A stretch of 64,000 nt of DNA from assembly GCA_963727455.1 (NCBI GenBank), contig CAVSGG010000017.1:96001-160000 (forward strand), in the 5' to 3' direction. This document shows, one piece after another, positions 58,146-64,000 of the stretch (position 1 is the stretch's first letter; every line of letters starts with the position of its first letter). Below the pieces are notes generated by a model. It was not told where the DNA came from, did not search any database, and worked only from the letters and a program-made list of their open reading frames with translations. Position numbers and translations under genes: made by a program. The stretch comes from Candidatus Krumholzibacteriota bacterium (lineage in GTDB: Bacteria; Krumholzibacteriota; Krumholzibacteriia; JAJRXK01).

Positions 58146-58916
58146 TTATTGCTGGAACAAGCTCTTGATCATGCCCCAGCTCTTGCCATCGGTCCCCACG
58201 TAGGGTTCGCAACATTCCGCAGAAGCTCGAAAGACGAGGTTGCCCGGGAAATGGGCGACAGGGTCAGTGACGAGGTCGATGTCCTGTCCGCCGGCGAAGT
58301 CCCAACTCGTACAGGCCGTTGGGTTGTTGTCGGTGACGAGGCGGGCCAGGAGAACTCCCCCAGTCGGCAACGAAGCGTCGACGAGGTGGATCCCGATAGC
58401 GTAGAGATAGCTTTTGTCCGCGCAGACACAGTCCAGCGGCAAGCCAATGGTCGTAGTTACTCGGTCGGCTGCACCGGGAAGGACGCGGTGATAGGTGGCG
58501 GCCACGCAGTGCTCCTGGGTGACGTTGTAGCAGCCTGGAGTGGTCTCCTCGGCCTCTGCAAAGGACGCCTGCACGTCGAATCGCAGCTGTCTCCGGCTGC
58601 AACCGACATGAGAAACCGGAGCTGGGTTACCTGGAAACCAGTGGGACAGACCCCACATCCCTGGGTGGGATCGAAGATGAGGTAGTAGTCTTCGGGAGGA
58701 AGAAGCCAATTCTCGATCGAAAAGTTGCCGGCATTAGTAATTCCCAGTCGACGCAGCTCCACCGGAGGCAGGGAGACTTTGCCAGGCTCCACCTGGAGCG
58801 CGTTCTCCCAGTTATCGATCCGTTTCACGATCGCCTTGCGCTGCGCGAGAGCAGCTCTGCGTGACGAAACAGAGAAGAAGCAGCAGGGAGAGTACGGACA
58901 CGGCGCGTGACTTCAT
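58146..58916 (-). CDS. Secreted Cys-rich protein with C-terminal SWGxxK tail (at least two apparent frameshifts)
   Basis: ATG at 58916 gives signal MKSRAVSVLSLLLLLCFV. Reading continues in ORF 58457-58828 and then ORF 58146-58709, which ends VGTDGKSWGMIKSLFQQ. Confidence 0.65.
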
Positions 58917-59073
58917 GACGACCTCGCGGAGACCCGAAAATGATGCGCTGTCCAGTCGCGGCAGTCGCATCACGTTCAGAGACCAGGGTTTCTAGCGGTA
59001 GTAGCGCCTCGTGTGCCGCATCTTGTCAAGCCCCAATCGCCCACGCTGGCGGAGAGCGTGGGATTGCTGCGCG

Positions 59074-61403
59074 TCAGGGCGCATCGCCCGGTCGCTGGAA
59101 GGTCTCGATCCGAATCGGATGGTACAGGCGATCGAGGTAGGCTTGAAGCCCGTCCAGAATCCAGATCGCCGAATCACCTCGCGGATAGATGACCACGGCC
59201 AGCCGATCATCGAGCGGATTGAAGGAGGGGAGGCCAGTCGAATCATACGACTTGCTCAACTGCAGACAGCGGCCAGACTGCGTGTCGAGCAGGTAGAGGG
59301 CCTTGTTGACCGGTCCCTGCGCGGTGACGGCCAGGCAGCGGCCGTCGCGGTTCCACGCCGGCCGGTAGAACACTTCCTGCGGCACCGCGAAACGCGATCG
59401 CTTTCCAGCTACTCAGCTCCAGCAACTGTACCCCATCCTTCTCTCGCGTCCATGCCAGGCGATCCCCCGAGGGCGAAAAGGCGGGAAAGTGATTGCCACC
59501 GTCTTGGCTCAGCTGCTCCAGCTCTCCGCTATCCAGATGCTCGAGCCAGATCTCGTCCGATCCACTGCGCTGCGAAGAGAAGGCGATGGTCTTTCCATTC
59601 GGAGACCAGTTGGGTGAAGAATCAGTCGCGGGGTCGGTGATGATCCTGGTGAGCGAATCCTGCTCGAAATCAAGGATGGCGATGTCCACGTTCTGGCCGT
59701 CGAGCACGGAGACAGCAAGCGCCTTGCTATCGGGCGACCAGGAGACCTCATCGAGGATATTCAGCCCTGAGTGAGTACCGTCCTTTCGACCCCCCCCGAC
59801 TCCCGAATGCAGATGCGGCTTTGCGCTTGTCCGAATCCGCCACACGATAGGCCAGCGATGCGCCCATCGGGCGACCAGCTCGGACTCACGTACTGCTGCT
59901 CGCCCGTGGGTGTAACCGCGTCTTCGTGAGTGGATCGCTTGCGCGATTTCGCCGATAGAGGATTCCCACTTCGGGTCGAAGGTAGACCTGGCTGAACCTG
60001 AGCTCTCCGTTGATGGCTGCTCGGTCGTACAGGAGCGGACGCAGGGCCGGCCGCAGCGAGTGGATGACGGACTTCTCGAGCATGAGATAGCGTACGTTTT
60101 CGTGCGCGAGGAAGGCCATCGACGTCCTCATAGCCGGCTATCGGAATCTCCAGATACCGCGCTCCAGCATAAAATGCGAAGTAGGGTTTGCGGTCTGCGA
60201 TGAGATCGCCGGCGTGGATGAGGTCCCGCGATTTCAGCTCCGCGTGCCGCTCGTCGGCTGAACTCGAATCGGTGCGCCGTGGAGCTCGTCAGCATGGAGT
60301 GATTGAGCCAGACCCCGACGGCGCCCGCCAGAAGCAGCGCCGAAATCACGGTCAGGCGCACGCGCCTTCTTCGCAGCATTTCGACCGTCATCAGGGCATA
60401 GAGGACGAGAATCGGCAAATAGGGCAGAACGAAGCGGGCCTCACTTCGCGGAGTGAATGCCGGATAGGCCAGGAATGGAAACAGAGCAGCTGCCAAGTAT
60501 CCGCGTCGTTTCCAGAGTCCGTACAGAGCCAGGAGAAAGGCGACAGGTAAGAGGTTGCGATTGAGGAGCAGAATCTCAGAGGGCAATCTCTTGAGATAAT
60601 CGATGGTGACATTGGTGTCCTTGACTCTGTCCTCGAGTGCTTTCTTGACAACTTGGGAGCTACTGTTGTCGATCAATGACTCGCGCTTCTGCCAGGCTTG
60701 CGCACTCAAGCCGAAATTTCCCGACTTGCTCAGCCACTGCACTTGCCCAACGGAGACCGAAAGCGCAGCCATTCCCAGAAGGTAGATCACTGCGAAGCTT
60801 CCCAGAATGCGCAGCAGGCGTCGTGGTCGCCGCAGTTGGAGAAAACTCAAAATCGCGACGATCCCGATGGCTTCCGGCCGGGTGATCGCGGCCATCCCCA
60901 GGCAGAGCCCCCCCTCGCCGAAGCGCTCGTGGCTGAGGCGAAGCAGGGCCAGCAATACCCAGAACAAATAGAGAGACTCGGACATGGTCATGAGCGAGTA
61001 CTGGATGAAGAGGGGAGTCGCGGCCAAGAGCACGGCTCCCACCAGCGCTAGTTCACGCCGGACGAAGCGAGTACACAAAAGATAAAAAACGCAGAGTGAG
61101 CCCATGGCGGCGAGCAAGGAAACGGCTTGGGCCGCGCGCACTCCGTTGTGAATGATCGGCATGAAGAGAGCAATGAATGCGGGATAGCCGATGGGAAAGG
61201 CGCTGACCGCCTGCCCCGAAAGGAGAGTCTTGGCCTGATTGATGTAGTAGGTACCGTCGTAGGAGACCAATTCGAAGAATTTCAGGAAGGGAATACGAGC
61301 GAGGAGGCTCAGGACGATCAGCCCCGCGCAGACGTAACGATCCCTAAGGAATTTGCGGTCAGTGCTCTGTTTCGCTCGCGGAAGTACCCTTACGCTTGCT
61401 CAA
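59074..61403 (-). CDS. GT-C (ArnT/PMT-like, GT39-type) membrane glycosyltransferase apparently fused to a TolB-like PD40 beta-propeller; multiple frameshifts
   Basis: SYDGTYY, PIGYP, SESL, RPEA and RFVLP in a multi-TM part, then WSPD/WSPNG/FSPSG/WNRDG repeats across successive frames. TTG start at 61403 overlaps the kinase stop. Confidence 0.6.
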
Positions 61404-63300
61404 TTCCCGCTATCCTCTAGAACTTCGCTTACCTTCCGAGCCAGCATTTCGATTCCGAACGGCTTTGGAATGAAGTGCACTCCCTGATCCAAAACGCCCT
61501 GTCTGGAGATCGTGTCCGCAGTATAGCCCGACATGAAGAGGGTCTTGAGATTTGGGTTTCTTCTTTAAGCAGGTTATGCAGCTCCTTGCCGCTCAGCTTG
61601 GGCATGACCACGTCGGTGATCAATAGATCGATTTCGTCCTGGCTTTCCTCGAAAAGCACCTGCGCGGCTTTCGCGGAATCCGCGATGAGAACAGTATATC
61701 CGATTTCCTTCAGAACCGTGGCGACGAGATCGCGGACCATGGCGATCATCTTCGACCAGGAGAACCTTCTCGGTGACTTTTTCATGGTGGAAGTGGCGCG
61801 TACTGCTCTCTTGGGACTGAGCCCCTCGTCGCAGCTGGGAAAATTTAGCGCGAATGCCGAGCCCTTACCCGGCTCGCTGGAAACTCGAATGAACCCCCCG
61901 TACTGCGTGACGACGCTTTTCACCGTGGCCAAACCCAGTCCCGTGCTCGTTGCCTCGTCTTTGGTGGTGAAGAAGGGCTCGAAGATGTGGTCTCTTACGG
62001 CGGGAGCGATTCCTCCGCCGGTATCGCTCACCATGATCTGCACGAAGTCTCCGGGGCTGACGCCGGGCACTCGGGAGGCCTCCTCTTGGAGACCTTCAAG
62101 TTTTTGGTCTCGATCCGAAGATGTCCGCCCTGGGGCATCGCATCCCGTGCATTGGCTGCCAGATTGGCGAGGATGTGATCGAGTTGGGAGGAGTCGATCT
62201 TGATGCGCCAGAGATCGGGATCGGGCTTGAAGATGAGTTCGATGTCCTCGCCTATCAAGCGGCTCAGAGTCGTTTGCATTCTCTCCACTGCCGGATTCAA
62301 TTCGATGCAGCGCGGACTGATGATCTGCTTTCGTGAGAAGGCGAGCAGCTGACGAGTGAGATCGGCCGAACGCCTTGCCGCCTTGTCGATCTCCTGAATC
62401 TCCTCCACCAGCTCCGCGTCCAGGCCCGTGCGCGATAAGATGAGTTCCGTGTATCCGAGAATGACGTTGAGCATGTTATTGAAGTCATGGGCAACTCCGC
62501 CCGCCAATCTCCCGATGGCTTCCATCTTTTGAGACTGCCGCAACTGTTCTTCGACTGACCGCATTTTCGTAACGTCTTCTACTAGAGACAATACTCCAAG
62601 TACTTCGCCATCCGTTCCGATCAATGGTGCGTTGTACCACTCACAGAGGATCGTTTTTCCGTCCTTGGTCACGTTTTCGTTCGTACTTCGTTTGCCTCCC
62701 GTCAACTTCATGAGATCTTGCCAAATCTTGTCTACATGTTCGCGTTCAGCCTCGGGAACGATGAACACTGCGTGACGACCGATTGCTTCCTCTCTCGCGT
62801 GCCCGAAAATGCGCTCGGCGGCCAGGTTCCACTGCGTCGCCCGAAATTCGGTATCCCAAGTAATGATGGCCATGGGGGATTGTTGGACGATGAGGTCCAG
62901 GCTCTCGCGATACTCCTGGTACTGTTTCGCTCTCTTCTTGCGCTGGGTGATGTCGCGGATGATCGCGATGAGAACCGGCTGAGAATCATAGGAGGAGTAC
63001 ACGCCGTGAATCTCCGCCAGATATTTCGTGCCGTTTTTGCGGTATCCCCTGACGCTCGAGCGGGTCACTGCGCGCGCCTTGGGCTTGATTCAAGAAGCGA
63101 GGCAGGTCCTCGATGGGGTCGAGGTCTAGGATCTCACCCACGGCCTTGCCGATGAGTTCCTCTCGGGAATAGCCGGACAGGTCGCTGAAGGCGGGGTTAG
63201 CGTTGAGGACGGCCGCATTGGCGTCAATCACACAAATGCCATCGAGAATACTCTCGTAAATGGCGAGCAGTTCGTCGAACGAAGGAACGGTGTGGCGCAC
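61400..63300 (-). CDS. PAS-PAS hybrid histidine kinase / receiver (frameshifted)
   Basis: Two PAS domains; QKMEAIGRLAGGVAHDFNN H-box; NARDAM, DTGGG, EPFFTTK, GLGLA; receiver motifs LLITDVVMP and KPF. Confidence 0.85.
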
Positions 63301-63488
63301 GGATAACCCCTTGGATGGACCGATCGCAGGGAATCCTTCGGGCAATTTTCAGGGGATAGTGCCGCCAAGTCAAGGAGATATGGGAATCAGCGGGGTTTTG
63401 GAACGAGTGAGACTTGTGAAATGATGCCGTCGAGCATACGCTATCGGGGTTCAGAATAACCCAATCGCAACAGTAAAGAAGCCTCGAC

Positions 63489-64000
63489 GTGCGGCACTCC
63501 TCTCCCCTCGAACTCTCCGTGGTCATTCCCGTGCATGACGAGGAGGCAAACGTCTGTCCTTTGGCTGACGAGACCGAAGACGCCTTGAAAAATCTGCACT
63601 GGGAGTGCATCTGGGTGGATGACGCTTCCACTGACCACACTCTTGCAAGACTTCGCGAACTGGAAGCGCGCTCCGAGAGCCACCATCGCGTGCTGCGGTT
63701 CGACGAGCAACGCGGGCAGAGCGCGGCTCTTATCGCCGGCTTCAAGGCAGCGCTCGGTGGATTCGTAGCCAGTCTCGATGGGGATGGGCAGAATGATCCC
63801 GCAGATTTGCCGCGCCTCTTGGCCATTGCTCGCAGCCAAGAGCTGGATATGGTGAACGGTGTCAGAGTGCGGCGGCATGACGACTGGATTCGAATTTTGT
63901 CCTCGCGCATCGGAAACGGTTTCCGCAATTTGGTCACGGGGGACCACATCACCGATGTCGGCTGCTCCACCCGCGTATTCAAAAGGGAATACGTCGATGC
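63489..64000 (+). CDS. GT2 polyprenyl-phosphate glycosyltransferase (DPM1/ArnC-like), 3'-truncated by window edge
   Basis: Not in the ORF track because it has no stop. Translation from GTG 63489 gives LSVVIPVHDEE, VDDASTD, GQSAAL.AG, LDGDGQNDP and D.GC. Confidence 0.9.
   Translation, partial: MRHSSPLELSVVIPVHDEEANVCPLADETEDALKNLHWECIWVDDASTDHTLARLRELEARSESHHRVLRFDEQRGQSAALIAGFKAALGGFVASLDGDGQNDPADLPRLLAIARSQELDMVNGVRVRRHDDWIRILSSRIGNGFRNLVTGDHITDVGCSTRVFKREYVD

Overview
GC-rich bacterial chromosomal segment, mostly housekeeping and envelope genes. The genes point to a diderm, and protein style suggests an uncultured Latescibacterota/Krumholzibacteriota/Eisenbacteria-like lineage (inference only). 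Left to right: partial pdxT; a secreted protein; a reverse-strand PNAG-like exopolysaccharide operon (pgaD-like, pgaC, pgaA-like, deacetylase); M16 peptidase-alaS-ABC transporter; sat/cysC facing a sulfotransferase; lemA-TPM-TPM; lytic transglycosylase; HEAT-cyclophilin; truA, an atypical transaldolase, htrA; purB-purL-purQ-(tandem PurS-like)-purF; a degenerate radical-SAM/DUF2344 fusion and an RNase E/G with a long disordered tail; rhomboid, LOG, archaeal-type GAPDH-like, PP2C, IMPase, pepF, glnA-like; tRNA-Leu(CAG), smpB, amidase-gerMN-murI-rph-rdgB, tRNA-Pro(TGG); and a frameshift-rich right end (two secreted proteins, GT-C/beta-propeller, hybrid kinase, GT2). Best novelty candidate: three otherwise unrelated signal-peptide proteins share an ungapped 15-aa C-terminal tail, V-[PG]-T-x3-S-[WI]-G-x-[IM]-K-[AS]-x-[YF]. 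It has no transmembrane helix and looks like an uncharacterised protein-sorting signal. Clustered single-base indels in purB and at 58-63 kb are probably sequencing errors. All calls come from manual motif recognition; no database searches were run.
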